Assembly (NCBI GenBank): GCA_963836075.1
Contig: CAWIIB010000001.1
Coordinates: 1,952,001-2,016,000, forward strand
From: an uncultured Acidobacteriota bacterium
Lineage (GTDB): Bacteria > Acidobacteriota > JAQAZP01
Reading direction: 5' to 3'
DNA length: 64,000 bases
Part shown: one piece after another, positions 31,858 through 41,791 of the stretch
Numbering within the stretch: the stretch's first letter is position 1
Layout of the letters: every line of letters starts with the position of its first letter
The notes under the pieces: model-generated
Told to the model about the DNA's origin: nothing
Databases searched by the model: none
Seen by the model: only the letters and a program-made list of their open reading frames with translations
Position numbers and translations under genes: made by a program

Positions 31858-32739
31858 ATGATGGACTGGAAAAAGATGATGTACAACGACAGATTCCCCA
31901 GGTCCAACACCTATGACCCGGAATTTGTCGCTGAAAACCAGATGGGACCAAACGCCCTTTGGCTCATGGAATGGCTTACTGAAAAAATCGAGATCAGGGA
32001 AAACATGAACGTCCTGGATCTTGGTTGTGGCCGCGCCATCAGTTCTATTTTTCTGGCAAAAGAATTTGGCGCGAAGATCTATGCAACAGATCTCTGGATA
32101 GATGCGAGTGAAAACCAGAAACGCATTGTTGAATTCGGCCTGGAAGACAAAATAGTCCCGATCACGGCCGAGGCTCATGCCCTGCCCTTTGCTGCGAATT
32201 TTTTCGATGTGATTGTGGCCGTGGATTCCTACGGGTATTTCGGCACCGACGACCTGTATCTGTCCTACATCACCCGCTTTTTGAAACCTGAAGGAATTAT
32301 CGCCGCGGCTTTACCAGGTTTGATGAAGGATTTCAATTACTTCGAGATTCCTGGTCATCTGATCGAGAAGCAGGAGAACGGCCATGTCTTCTGGGAACCC
32401 GATTGCTTCACTTTTCATACGAAGACATGGTGGTTCAATCACTGGATGAAGACCGGACTGGTGAACGTCAAAACGAACGACACACTTGATCACGGTTACA
32501 CATACTGGGCCGCACAGGAAAGAGCGTTACAGCTTGCCGAGCTCGATATCTTCCCATCAGTTGAGGAAACGCTACTGAAAGACGCCGGTCGATACATCGG
32601 TTTTGTGCGAATTATCGCCGAAAAAATAAAAGCCGGGACAGAAGGCTCCATGCCCCACGCCTGGCAGCCGGAATTCAGTGCGGTTTGTGACGCCCTCTTC
32701 AATGAGAGAGATGGCAGGAAAGAAAAACAGTCGCCGTGA
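31858..32739 (+). CDS. Class I SAM-dependent methyltransferase (lower GC)
   Basis: MGPNALWL, VLDLGCGRAISSIFLAKE, AEAHALPFA…FD; GGAGG before ATG 31858. Confidence 0.88.
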   Translation: MMDWKKMMYNDRFPRSNTYDPEFVAENQMGPNALWLMEWLTEKIEIRENMNVLDLGCGRAISSIFLAKEFGAKIYATDLWIDASENQKRIVEFGLEDKIVPITAEAHALPFAANFFDVIVAVDSYGYFGTDDLYLSYITRFLKPEGIIAAALPGLMKDFNYFEIPGHLIEKQENGHVFWEPDCFTFHTKTWWFNHWMKTGLVNVKTNDTLDHGYTYWAAQERALQLAELDIFPSVEETLLKDAGRYIGFVRIIAEKIKAGTEGSMPHAWQPEFSAVCDALFNERDGRKEKQSP

Positions 32740-32745
32740 TTCCCT

Positions 32746-33870
32746 TCAGGCAGGGATGAACTGCCGGTCGAAGTCTTTCCAGACCGGCTCGAAGCCGCGG
32801 GCGGCGATGGCCGCGGCCACCTCCTCGGCGCTCCGGTCATCGCTGACGTCGAACTGCTCACCTTCGTGATCGAGGGGGTGGCTGTACCCGCCGGGGCTGG
32901 TCTTGGAGCCGGCGCTGAAGCGGGTGACGCCGAGGCCGATCATGTTGTCGCGGAACTCGGCCGATTCGCGGGTGGAGAGCACCAGTTCGGCATCGGGCAG
33001 GACCAGCCGCATCGCGCAGAGCATCTGCACCATGTTCAGCGGGGTGACCTGAAACTCGGGGGCCATCTCCCGGCAGGCGAAACCCTGCAGCCGCGGGAAG
33101 CTCACGGCCACCCGGCTCTTCCAGAAACGGCGGGTGAGGTAGCGGCCGTGCATCGCCAGCAGCAGCGCCTCCACCCGCCAGTCGGCCAGGCCGAGCAGCG
33201 TGCCGATACCCAGGGAGCGGAAGCCGGCCTCGCCCCCGGCCTCCATGGCCGCCATCCTGCGGCTGAAGATTTTCTTCGGGCCGGACGGATGGTAGCGGGG
33301 GTAGATCGCCGGGTCGTAGACCTCCTGGTAGAGAGTCAGGCCATCCACGCCGGCCTCGGCCAGCCGTCTGTACCGGGAGAGCTCCAGCGGCTGGATTTCG
33401 ATGGCGATGGAGTCGAAGAGTTTGTGCAGTCCGCCCACGCATTCCAGCAGGTAGTCCAGAGTCACCGCCCGGGGGTCCTCTCCGGATACGAGGAGGATGT
33501 GGCGGAATCCTTCCTGGTGCAGGATCTCCGCCTCGGCCAGCACCTGTTCCGTGGTGAGGGTGGTGCGCTCGATCTCCAGCGCCCGGGAGAAGCCGCAGTA
33601 GGTGCAGCTGTTGGTGCACTGGTTGGAGAGGTAGAGCGGCGCGTAGAGGTTGATCACCTTGCCGAAGCGGCGTTCGGTGATCGCCGCGCTGCGCTGGGCC
33701 ATCTGCTCAACCAGCGGCTCGGCGGCCGGCGAGAGCAGAGCGGCCAGTTCCAGTTCCCCCGGCTGATCCGTGTCCAGGGCCCGCCGGACGTTATCCAGGG
33801 TGGTGGCGTACAACCGGCTGCGCAGTTGCTCCAGATCGAGCGTGGCCAGATGATCCGCGAAACCCATCAC
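32746..33870 (-). CDS. thiH: 2-iminoacetate synthase (radical SAM tyrosine lyase)
   Basis: [61 protein letters not shown]. Confidence 0.95.
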   Translation of the reverse strand: MMGFADHLATLDLEQLRSRLYATTLDNVRRALDTDQPGELELAALLSPAAEPLVEQMAQRSAAITERRFGKVINLYAPLYLSNQCTNSCTYCGFSRALEIERTTLTTEQVLAEAEILHQEGFRHILLVSGEDPRAVTLDYLLECVGGLHKLFDSIAIEIQPLELSRYRRLAEAGVDGLTLYQEVYDPAIYPRYHPSGPKKIFSRRMAAMEAGGEAGFRSLGIGTLLGLADWRVEALLLAMHGRYLTRRFWKSRVAVSFPRLQGFACREMAPEFQVTPLNMVQMLCAMRLVLPDAELVLSTRESAEFRDNMIGLGVTRFSAGSKTSPGGYSHPLDHEGEQFDVSDDRSAEEVAAAIAARGFEPVWKDFDRQFIPA

Positions 33871-34661
33871 TGACCGCCCTTTTCCTCGCGGAGGAACCCG
33901 GTGAGCGGGCTGGAAGCACGGGCCAGCCGGCTCTCGCCCCCGGCCCCGGCCTCGCGGCCCAGCACGGCCGCCTCCACCGCGCCCTTGAACGCCCGGGCCA
34001 TCATCACCGGGTCCCCGGCAATGGCGATGGCCGTGTTCACCAGCACCGCGTCGGCACCCAGCTCCATGGCCTCGGCGGCGTGGGCCGGCGTGCCCAGCCC
34101 GGCGTCCACCACCACCGGCACCCCGGCCTGCTCGACGATGATCTGCACCTGGTCCCGGGTGCGCACCCCGCGGTTGGAGCCGATGGGTGCGGCCAGCGGC
34201 ATCACCGTGGCGCAGCCGGCATCCTCCAGGCGCCGGGCCAGCACCGGATCGGCATTGATGTAGGGCAGCACCACGAACCCCTCGGCCACCAGTTTCTCCG
34301 CGGCCTTCAGGGTTTCCACCGGGTCAGGCAGCAGGTAGTTGGGATCCGGGGTGACCTCCAGCTTGAGCCAGTTGGTCCCCGAGGCGGCCCGGGCCATCCT
34401 GGCCAGCCGGATGGCCTCGTCGGCATCGCGGGCGCCCGAGGTGTTGGGCAGCAGGCGGTACTTGCTGAAATCGAGGGCGGAGAGGGTGGCGTCCCCGGGG
34501 CTGCTGAGGTCCACCCGGCGCAAGGCCACGGTGACCAGTTCGGTGCCCGAGGCGAGCACCGCCTCGGCCATCACCGCCGGCGAGGGAAATTTCCCGGTGC
34601 CCAGAAAGAGGCGGGATTTTAGCTCCTGGCCGTCGATGACCAGCGGTTTGAGTTCTTTCAC
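33867..34661 (-). CDS. thiG: Thiazole synthase
   Basis: [43 protein letters not shown]. Confidence 0.96.
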   Translation of the reverse strand: MKELKPLVIDGQELKSRLFLGTGKFPSPAVMAEAVLASGTELVTVALRRVDLSSPGDATLSALDFSKYRLLPNTSGARDADEAIRLARMARAASGTNWLKLEVTPDPNYLLPDPVETLKAAEKLVAEGFVVLPYINADPVLARRLEDAGCATVMPLAAPIGSNRGVRTRDQVQIIVEQAGVPVVVDAGLGTPAHAAEAMELGADAVLVNTAIAIAGDPVMMARAFKGAVEAAVLGREAGAGGESRLARASSPLTGFLREEKGGQ

Positions 34662-34667
34662 GGTATA

Positions 34668-34871
34668 CTACCCCCCGCCCACGAAGTGGACGATTTCCAG
34701 TGTGTCGCCTTCGCCAAACACCACGGTCTCCCAGTCGGTTTCAGGGTCGAGGAACTGGCCGTTGTGCTCAATGGCCAGGTTGCGGTCCCCGATCCCGAAC
34801 TGGTCCAGCAGTGCGGAGAGGCGCAGCCCCTCCTCCACTTCCCGGTCTTCCCCGTTGATCGTGATATTCAT
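34668..34871 (-). CDS. thiS: Sulfur carrier protein
   Basis: 67 aa, ITING, ends EIVHFVGGG. Confidence 0.95.
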   Translation of the reverse strand: MNITINGEDREVEEGLRLSALLDQFGIGDRNLAIEHNGQFLDPETDWETVVFGEGDTLEIVHFVGGG

Positions 34872-35776
34872 TTCGCCTCACCGCCGCCGCACGGATCCTC
34901 GCCCAGCAGCAGCCGAAGAATCAGGTTCGCCTGGTGGCCGGCGGCCACTGCCACCCGCGGGGCCAACAGCCCCAGCCCGGGACGGGCCGAGGACACGTGG
35001 TCGCCCACCAGGTAGACGTTGTCAAACACCCGGCGGATCCCGATCTCCTGCGACGGTCCGTGGCCGGCGATCCCGGAGACGGTGACCAGCGGCGTGCCGG
35101 GCAGTTCACGCCGCACCGCCAGGGTCATTTCCCGTTTCATCTCCGGGTCGTCAAAACACTCGGCCAGCACCGTGCAGCCGGCAAAAACCTCAGGAAGGTT
35201 CTCCCGGGTCAGGCGCATGTCCCGGGTTTCCACCGTCACGAACGGGTTCATCCGTTCGAGATTATCCCTCAACGCCTCCACCTTGGGCAAACCGATCTGG
35301 TCGACAAAAAACTGCTGGCGGTTGAGGTTGCTCGGCTCCACCAGGTCGTAGTCCACCAGCAGCAGCCGCCCCACGCCCAGCCGGGCCAGCGAAACCGCCA
35401 CCGCGCTGCCCAGGCCGCCGCAACCGGCGATGCCCACCCGGGCGCCCTTCACCGAACGGAGGATCCCCGGACCATGACGGGCCGCCAGCTGGGCCTCCAT
35501 CTCGGCCGGATCGGGCATCCGGCCCCGCTCGATGAAAACCACCTCGTCGCCTTCCTCCAGCGGACAGTCCCCGCCGGCCGGGAAGCCGTTGCGGATGACG
35601 ATATCGGCATCGCGGTTCACCAGGTCGCGCAGCGCCTGGAGCCAGAGCCCTTCGCTCACCTCCATCGGGCGCTCGTTGACCTTGACCGTGATTCGTCTGG
35701 ATTCCGAGTTCGAAATGTCCCGCCTCCAGAGGATGTCAGAGGCCGTTGCACCAGAAGACAGGCTCACCTCGGACAC
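34868..35776 (-). CDS. thiF: ThiS adenylyltransferase with N-terminal ubiquitin-like domain; start uncertain
   Basis: KVNE…IRNGFP…EGDEVVFIERG (Ub-like), GIAGCGGLGS, DYDLVEPSNLNRQ, LAPRVAVAAGHQAN. Confidence 0.88.
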   Translation of the reverse strand: MSEVSLSSGATASDILWRRDISNSESRRITVKVNERPMEVSEGLWLQALRDLVNRDADIVIRNGFPAGGDCPLEEGDEVVFIERGRMPDPAEMEAQLAARHGPGILRSVKGARVGIAGCGGLGSAVAVSLARLGVGRLLLVDYDLVEPSNLNRQQFFVDQIGLPKVEALRDNLERMNPFVTVETRDMRLTRENLPEVFAGCTVLAECFDDPEMKREMTLAVRRELPGTPLVTVSGIAGHGPSQEIGIRRVFDNVYLVGDHVSSARPGLGLLAPRVAVAAGHQANLILRLLLGEDPCGGGEAK

Positions 35777-35782
35777 CTGATC

Positions 35783-35811
35783 AGAGTAGCCCCGGGGGAG
35801 GGGGCTGTCAA
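35783..35811 (-). promoter_or_regulatory. Sigma70 promoter for thiFSGH
   Basis: TTGACA-17 nt-TACTCT on the minus strand. Confidence 0.7.
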
Positions 35812-35887
35812 CGGAAAGAAACCTGAAATGCGGGCCGCTTAGGGATGCCGGCCGAAGTGTGGCTGAAGTCGTGAACAGATCGCGGTT

Positions 35888-38389
35888 TCAGTCCAGGGCC
35901 TGGCGGACGCTGCGCAACAGCTCACCGCGGTTGAACGGCTTACGCAGCAGGTCCAGCCCTTCGTCGAGTATGAAGCGGGTGTGGATCGCATCCTGGTTGT
36001 AGCCGCTGGAAAAGAGGACTTTGGCGTTCGGCCGGAACTCCCTGATCTTATCGTACAGCTCACGGCCGTTCATCTTCGGCATCACCACGTCGAACAGGCA
36101 GAGGTCGATGTCGTTGCGGTGGCGGCTGAACAGCTCCAGCGCCTCGGTGCCGTCGGAGGCCTGGATCACCGTGTAGCCGGCGACCTCGAGCACCCGCAGG
36201 GCATAGGCTCGAACCATCTCCTCGTCCTCGGCCAGCAGGATGGTTTCCCCTCCGCCCGCGGCCGGTCCGGCCGGCGCAGGTTTCACCGCACCCACTTCGG
36301 CGTCCACCCGGGGCAGGCACACCCGGAAGGTGGTCCCGCGGCCCGGCTCGCTCTGCACTCCGATACAGCCGTCGTGCTGGGTGACGATGCCGTAAACCGT
36401 GGCCAGGCCGAGGCCGGTTCCCTGCCCCACCTCCTTGGTGGTGAAAAACGGCTCGAAGATCTGCCGCTGGACCGTCTCGTCCATCCCGTGGCCCGAATCG
36501 CTGATCGAGAGCTGGACCTGCGGATCGGACAGACGTTCCTCGTGCTTCGTGCAACACTCGCAAGCCCCCACCGTGTTCCGGGTCTCGATCACCACCCGCC
36601 CGCCGTCGGGCATGGCATCCCGGGCGTTAACACAGAGGTTCATCAGCACCTGCTCCATCTGACCCGGGTCAGCATTGACCACACCGAGATCGGACCCCGG
36701 ATTGAATTCCAGGTCGATGTCCTCCCCGATTCCCCGCTGGATCAGCTTGAGCAGCCTGGCGATCACGTCGTTGAGATCGAGGGCCACCGGGCTCAGCACC
36801 TGCTGGCGGCTGAAGGCCAGCAGTTGCGTGGTCAGTTCGGCGGCGCGCTCCCCACCCTTCACCACCTGCTTCAGGCTGGCCTTCACCTGCTCCTGGCTCT
36901 GCGGTTCGGAAAGAGCCAGTTCGGCATGGCCCAGAATGGCCTGGAGAAGATTGTTGAAGTCATGGGCCACACCGCCGGCCAGAAGCCCGATGGCCTCCAT
37001 TTTCTGTGAGTGGCGCAGCTGCTCCTCCAGGCGTTCCTGTCCGGCCAGCAAGAGGGCGTTGACCAGGGCCACCGCGGCCTGGTCGGCCAGACCCTCGAGG
37101 AGTTGCACATCCCGATGGTCAAAGGGCCGCCCGTCCAGGGCATCGTGGATCTCGAAACATCCCAGCAGGTCGCCGGAGCGGCCGACGATCGGCACGTCCA
37201 CCAGCTGGCGGAACCCCAGCGCATCCCGCACTTCCTGGATCACGTGGGGGTCCGATGCGGCATCGTTGGAGAGGTAGGGCCTCCGGGTCTCGATGATGTG
37301 GCCCGGAACGCCTTCGCCGGGGAGAAAGCGCAGGGCAATGGACTGGATCGTCCCGCCATCGTTGTACTCGGTGAACACCATCGCGCCATCGCGCATCAAA
37401 CCGGCGCCCCCCGACTCGGCCCCCACCAGGGCCAGAGCGGTGGAGACCAGTTCACGCATCACCGACGGCACCACCAACTCGGCATTCAGCCGCTTGGCCG
37501 CGCCGAGGAGCAGTCCCATCTGCTCGGTGCGCAGGTGAAGCGCCCGCTGCCGCTGCAGGGCCACGTGGAGCAGCCAGGCCAGGATGGCCGCCATCAGGAG
37601 GCTGGCCGCCAGCATGAACTCGTCCACCACGGTCCTGTTGGCGGCCAGCAGGGCCGCTGAAGGCGCGATGACCAGGATCCAGGGCTTGTCCACCACCCGG
37701 ATACGAACCTGTACCTGGAACGGCCAGTCGTGATGATTCTGCTCCCCCACATGGTGGCCATGTATGGGTCGCCAGTCCTCCTCGTGCAGACAGTAGCGGA
37801 ATCTCTCGTAAAGATCCGTCTCCGAAAGACAGCTCTCCACCAGGGTCTGCACCAGGAACACTCCGTTGATATACCCCAGGGGCTCGCCCGAAGGGTCCCG
37901 TACCTGCTTGTAGGTGACGAAGCCCTTCGCCCCCTGAAGCAGGTCGATGACCGTGGTCCGGGTGATACGACCGGTTTCACCGGCCAGGGTGATTGCCGGT
38001 ACGACCCCGGGGTCGGGATGGAAGTGCAAGTCTTTGTTCAGCGCCTGCTCGTTTCCCTCGGCGGGGACGGTGATGCGGATCACCCACTGGCGATCGATCC
38101 AGTTCAGCGCCTTGAAACCGGGAAAGGCATGGAGGAAGCGGTATGCTTCGTCGGAAAAGGCCTGGGGAGATCCGCCCAGGCTGGTGTGCCAGCCGCCGGC
38201 CAGGTGGTCGACAATGGCCGCCCGGGTATCGATCCAGGCTTCCAGCCTCAGCCGGACCTGTTCGGCGGTGACCTTGGTCTCCACCCGGATCCTCTTGCTG
38301 TCATCGTGGTCCAATTTCCACCAGAGCGTGATCGCCAGGGACGCGGCAAGGAGAAAGACGAGGAGCGGCAACACCGTCTCACGGCCCAT
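35888..38389 (-). CDS. Hybrid sensor kinase (CHASE-like, GAF, HisKA, HATPase, REC)
   Basis: Two TM helices flanking a sensor, GAF (GEGVPG…DAASDP), HDFNNLL, NARDAM, GTGLGL, REC (LAEDE…[10 protein letters not shown]…KPF). Confidence 0.92.
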   Translation of the reverse strand: MGRETVLPLLVFLLAASLAITLWWKLDHDDSKRIRVETKVTAEQVRLRLEAWIDTRAAIVDHLAGGWHTSLGGSPQAFSDEAYRFLHAFPGFKALNWIDRQWVIRITVPAEGNEQALNKDLHFHPDPGVVPAITLAGETGRITRTTVIDLLQGAKGFVTYKQVRDPSGEPLGYINGVFLVQTLVESCLSETDLYERFRYCLHEEDWRPIHGHHVGEQNHHDWPFQVQVRIRVVDKPWILVIAPSAALLAANRTVVDEFMLAASLLMAAILAWLLHVALQRQRALHLRTEQMGLLLGAAKRLNAELVVPSVMRELVSTALALVGAESGGAGLMRDGAMVFTEYNDGGTIQSIALRFLPGEGVPGHIIETRRPYLSNDAASDPHVIQEVRDALGFRQLVDVPIVGRSGDLLGCFEIHDALDGRPFDHRDVQLLEGLADQAAVALVNALLLAGQERLEEQLRHSQKMEAIGLLAGGVAHDFNNLLQAILGHAELALSEPQSQEQVKASLKQVVKGGERAAELTTQLLAFSRQQVLSPVALDLNDVIARLLKLIQRGIGEDIDLEFNPGSDLGVVNADPGQMEQVLMNLCVNARDAMPDGGRVVIETRNTVGACECCTKHEERLSDPQVQLSISDSGHGMDETVQRQIFEPFFTTKEVGQGTGLGLATVYGIVTQHDGCIGVQSEPGRGTTFRVCLPRVDAEVGAVKPAPAGPAAGGGETILLAEDEEMVRAYALRVLEVAGYTVIQASDGTEALELFSRHRNDIDLCLFDVVMPKMNGRELYDKIREFRPNAKVLFSSGYNQDAIHTRFILDEGLDLLRKPFNRGELLRSVRQALD

Positions 38390-38645
38390 AAAACGAAGTC
38401 GTGCCGTTGGTCTCCTGTTGGTCAACCTTTCCCCCGATGAGGACGCCACAGGGCAATTGTGTGGAAAACACAGATAACAAAGAGTATCTGAATCCCGGCC
38501 CACTGGCAACACAAAAGAGCGGCCCGATGAGCCGCCCGTAACCATTGGTGATGGATGGGAGGATGAAGTAGAAGCCGATAGTCATCGCCAACTGTTTCTG
38601 GCAAACAGAACGGGATATACGGGTCAGACGGAGCTGGCGCAACTA

Positions 38646-39413
38646 CTAATCTTTGAGTTCCTCAGCCACGTCCCTCGCCTGGTCAGGCGATATTTTCCGG
38701 GCCGACCACTCGCCGTATTCGGGACGGCCGGTTCCGATGAGCTTGGACTTCCAGGTGCCGGTGATTTCCCCACTGGTCCCGTCGAATGTGCCGTCGATCC
38801 ACAGGTCGTCGCCGTACTCGGCATCGGTCCGGGTCAGTTTCACCGCATCACCCACAAGTGTGCCGTGCAGCGAACCCTGGGTCCCGCTGCTCATGCGGTA
38901 TGTCCCATTGATAACCGTGCCGTTCATGGTCAGTTTCATCAGCCCGAAGGCACCGGCAAAAGCCGTGGCCGCATCGATCTCCCACACACCGTCCAGACGC
39001 TCCGTCTGGACCAGGGACCGGTCATTAATCAATTCCAGTTCCTGCCCCAAATGATCCAGCCGGTCCAGGCTGCCGTAAATATTGGTTCGGAGTTCGGAAG
39101 ATGCCCGCAGCCGTTCCATCGCCGTTTCCCGGGCAACGCTCAGATCCCCCTCCAGTGACCGGAGATCCGAAACGGGATAATTTTCATCAAACAGCGCCTG
39201 GTCCATCTGTTCGGCAAGTTCCATCAGGCGCTGCAGGGCCTGGCGGTCCAGATCCCGGGCCCGGGCATACCTATCGCTCTCCTTCTCCAGCAACGAATTC
39301 TCAAGGTGGAACGAAGATTCAAGAGCATCGCGTGTCTGGCCGGTGGCCGGCAGAGCGATAGTACAGGCGAGCAGGACGACCACCACTCCGATCCTCTGGT
39401 TGAGCTTGAACAT
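38646..39413 (-). CDS. Exported hypothetical protein (coiled coil plus beta-rich C-terminus)
   Basis: Signal peptide MFKLNQRIGVVVVLLAC; AAGGAG RBS. Confidence 0.65.
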   Translation of the reverse strand: MFKLNQRIGVVVVLLACTIALPATGQTRDALESSFHLENSLLEKESDRYARARDLDRQALQRLMELAEQMDQALFDENYPVSDLRSLEGDLSVARETAMERLRASSELRTNIYGSLDRLDHLGQELELINDRSLVQTERLDGVWEIDAATAFAGAFGLMKLTMNGTVINGTYRMSSGTQGSLHGTLVGDAVKLTRTDAEYGDDLWIDGTFDGTSGEITGTWKSKLIGTGRPEYGEWSARKISPDQARDVAEELKD

Positions 39414-39479
39414 GGATGACTCCTTTTTCTCCAATTCTGTCGTAAAGTTCTTGTCTTGTGAAAACCCCTCGGCCACCGG

Positions 39480-40181
39480 CTATTCGGACCTGCGCTGAGA
39501 GATGAAAACGGAAATCAGGTAGGCCACCACCACACCCACATAGAACTGTCCCATCACGCTCTGGATAATCACCAGCCGTGAGGCCAGCGGCAGCTGCGGT
39601 GTGATGTCTCCATACCCCAGGCCGGCCTGGGTGACGAAACTGAAATAGACGAACGGACTCGTCTGCTCCATGCTGAATATCCCGGTTGCCGGACCGAACG
39701 AACCGGGGACAGCGTTCTCGAGCATTTCGTAGACAAAGGCCCAGGTCAGGCCGATCATCATATAGAGGCTGATTGTGCCCAGAATCTCGTTGGCCGTGAC
39801 CTCCCGGGCCACGAGGAGCGAGCGCAAAATCAAGTAGCCGCAGTAAGAAAGCGCGAGGAGCAGCAGCACCTGGAGCAGGGCGGACAAAGGCCCGCGGTTG
39901 AAGGTGCGCCACCAGCTATAGTCGGAAAACCAGAATATTCCCACAATTCTCATCACCGCCGGAAGCGCCACCACGGCGACGGCCACCTGGGTCCGCCGCC
40001 GCTGGCCGTCCAGCAGCAGGGCCGCAACAGCCACGGCGCAAAGAAAGGAGACCGCCGTCAGTTCCGACGGCGTGAACGGCTCGATGAGGATGATCACCAG
40101 TATGACGGCCAGCATGGCGGAGTGCCGGAGCGTGCGGATCTCCTGACTCTGAGGACCTGTTGAATTGAGATTTCCTGTCAC
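39480..40181 (-). CDS. Ion channel family protein (Ion_trans_2 / K+ channel-like)
   Basis: Multiple TM helices; pore YFSFVTQAGLGYGDITP; GQFYVGVVVA. Confidence 0.85.
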   Translation of the reverse strand: MTGNLNSTGPQSQEIRTLRHSAMLAVILVIILIEPFTPSELTAVSFLCAVAVAALLLDGQRRRTQVAVAVVALPAVMRIVGIFWFSDYSWWRTFNRGPLSALLQVLLLLALSYCGYLILRSLLVAREVTANEILGTISLYMMIGLTWAFVYEMLENAVPGSFGPATGIFSMEQTSPFVYFSFVTQAGLGYGDITPQLPLASRLVIIQSVMGQFYVGVVVAYLISVFISQRRSE

Positions 40182-40516
40182 GCTGATTCGCCTCTGGGGA
40201 TTCGCACGGCACCGCCATAAAGTGGTGCCTTCCTTGAAACATCATAGAGGACGGTATTTGGGGAGTCAACGAACGCCGGGTCAACAGGAAGCGGCGAACC
40301 GATCGCTCAACAAACAACCCGGAATTTGCCTGCTCGGCGCAAAGCAGCTATATTATATGGAGGCAGTAAACATTTTGGTGGCCGGCACTGTCCGGGCACC
40401 TGTATCTCAATGTCTCGACCGTGTATATCCACAGCGCGCCGGCACAAGGAGCTGTACGGGGATACCCGCCGTCATCAGCCCTGGCCAGCGGCGTGCAGGC
40501 CAACGGATCTCCGATC

Positions 40517-41740
40517 ATGTGTCACCGGTCCTTCCCCGGTATGATCCTGCTGTCCGCCCTGCTGCTCGTCCTGGGCGCCGGGCCATTGTCTGCCGACTCG
40601 CCCTGGAACATGCACGTCATCGACGGCAGCCTCACCGGCGCAGACGGGGTCAAGATCAAGGACATCAACGGTGACGGCCATCCCGACATCGCCAGCGGCT
40701 TCGAAGAAGGCAACGAGGTCCGCGTCTATCTCCACCCCAAGTATGCCCGGGTCACCTCACCCTGGCCCGCGGTCACCGTGGGCCAGGTGAACGGGCCCGA
40801 GGACGCGGTGTTCGTCGACCTGGACCGCAACGGCGTCCAGGACGTGGTCAGCTGCACCCAGAGCAAACTTGGCGGACCGACCAACGCGCTCTTCGTCCAC
40901 TGGGCCCCGCCCGACCCGGACCGCTACCTCGATCCCGAAGCCTGGACCACCGAGGTGATCCCGGCCAGCCAGGGCCGGAGCTGGATGTACTGCGAGCCGA
41001 TGGTGGATGGCGGCGCCATCCGGTTGGTCTGCGGCAGCAAGAACCGGGACGCCGCCATCGGCTACTTCACCGTCATTGGCAACTCTCCGGCCGACTGGGC
41101 CTGGCATCCCCTGCGCCGGGCCGGCTGGGTGATGAGCCTCGAGATCACCGACATGGACGGTGACGGGGACAAGGACGTGCTCTACTCGGACCGCAAGGGC
41201 GCCGACACGGCGGTGGGCTGGCTGGAGAATCCCAGCCACCCCGACGGGCTATGGGCCGACCATGTCATCGATTGCAGCCTCGGCATACCGGACCGGATGG
41301 GCCTCTACATGTTCCTCACCAGAAGCGACATCGACAATGACGGCCTGGTGGACGTGGTGACCGCGGTGCGCCAGCGGCGCATCCACTGGCTCCGGCGGCT
41401 GAACGACTCGGGCGACTCCTGGGAAAAGATCCTCATCCCCGCCCCGGCAGAGGCCGGTTGCGTCAAATCGGTGGCCGCCGGTGACCTGGACGGCAACGGT
41501 ACGGTGGACCTGGTCTTCTCCTGCGAGCAGGCGGACAACCGGCCGGGGCTGATGTGGCTCTCCCGCGACGGCCCGGGCCAGGACTGGACGGCCCACGACA
41601 TCGGCGGGCTGCCTGGACGAAAGTTCGACCTGGTAAGGCTGGCCGACCTGGATGGCGACGGCGACCTGGACGTGATCACAACCGAAGAACGGACCATCGA
41701 CGCCGTATTGTGGTATGAGAATCCCTTGACCGGCCGCTAG
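40517..41740 (+). CDS. Secreted FG-GAP/VCBS repeat protein
   Basis: Repeats DINGDGHPDI, DMDGDGDKDV, DIDNDGLVDV, DLDGNGTVDL, DLDGDGDLDV; ends WYENP; start uncertain. Confidence 0.88.
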   Translation: MCHRSFPGMILLSALLLVLGAGPLSADSPWNMHVIDGSLTGADGVKIKDINGDGHPDIASGFEEGNEVRVYLHPKYARVTSPWPAVTVGQVNGPEDAVFVDLDRNGVQDVVSCTQSKLGGPTNALFVHWAPPDPDRYLDPEAWTTEVIPASQGRSWMYCEPMVDGGAIRLVCGSKNRDAAIGYFTVIGNSPADWAWHPLRRAGWVMSLEITDMDGDGDKDVLYSDRKGADTAVGWLENPSHPDGLWADHVIDCSLGIPDRMGLYMFLTRSDIDNDGLVDVVTAVRQRRIHWLRRLNDSGDSWEKILIPAPAEAGCVKSVAAGDLDGNGTVDLVFSCEQADNRPGLMWLSRDGPGQDWTAHDIGGLPGRKFDLVRLADLDGDGDLDVITTEERTIDAVLWYENPLTGR

Positions 41741-41791
41741 CGGGCCCGCTCACCTTTCCCTCTGATCCGTTTTCCAATAGAATTCTGCGCC

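Noticed and set aside
35770-35850. TPP-riboswitch-like words (ACCTGATC…AGGGA) near thiF
   Set aside because: They are on the antisense strand, lack the CTGAGA core and overlap the promoter.
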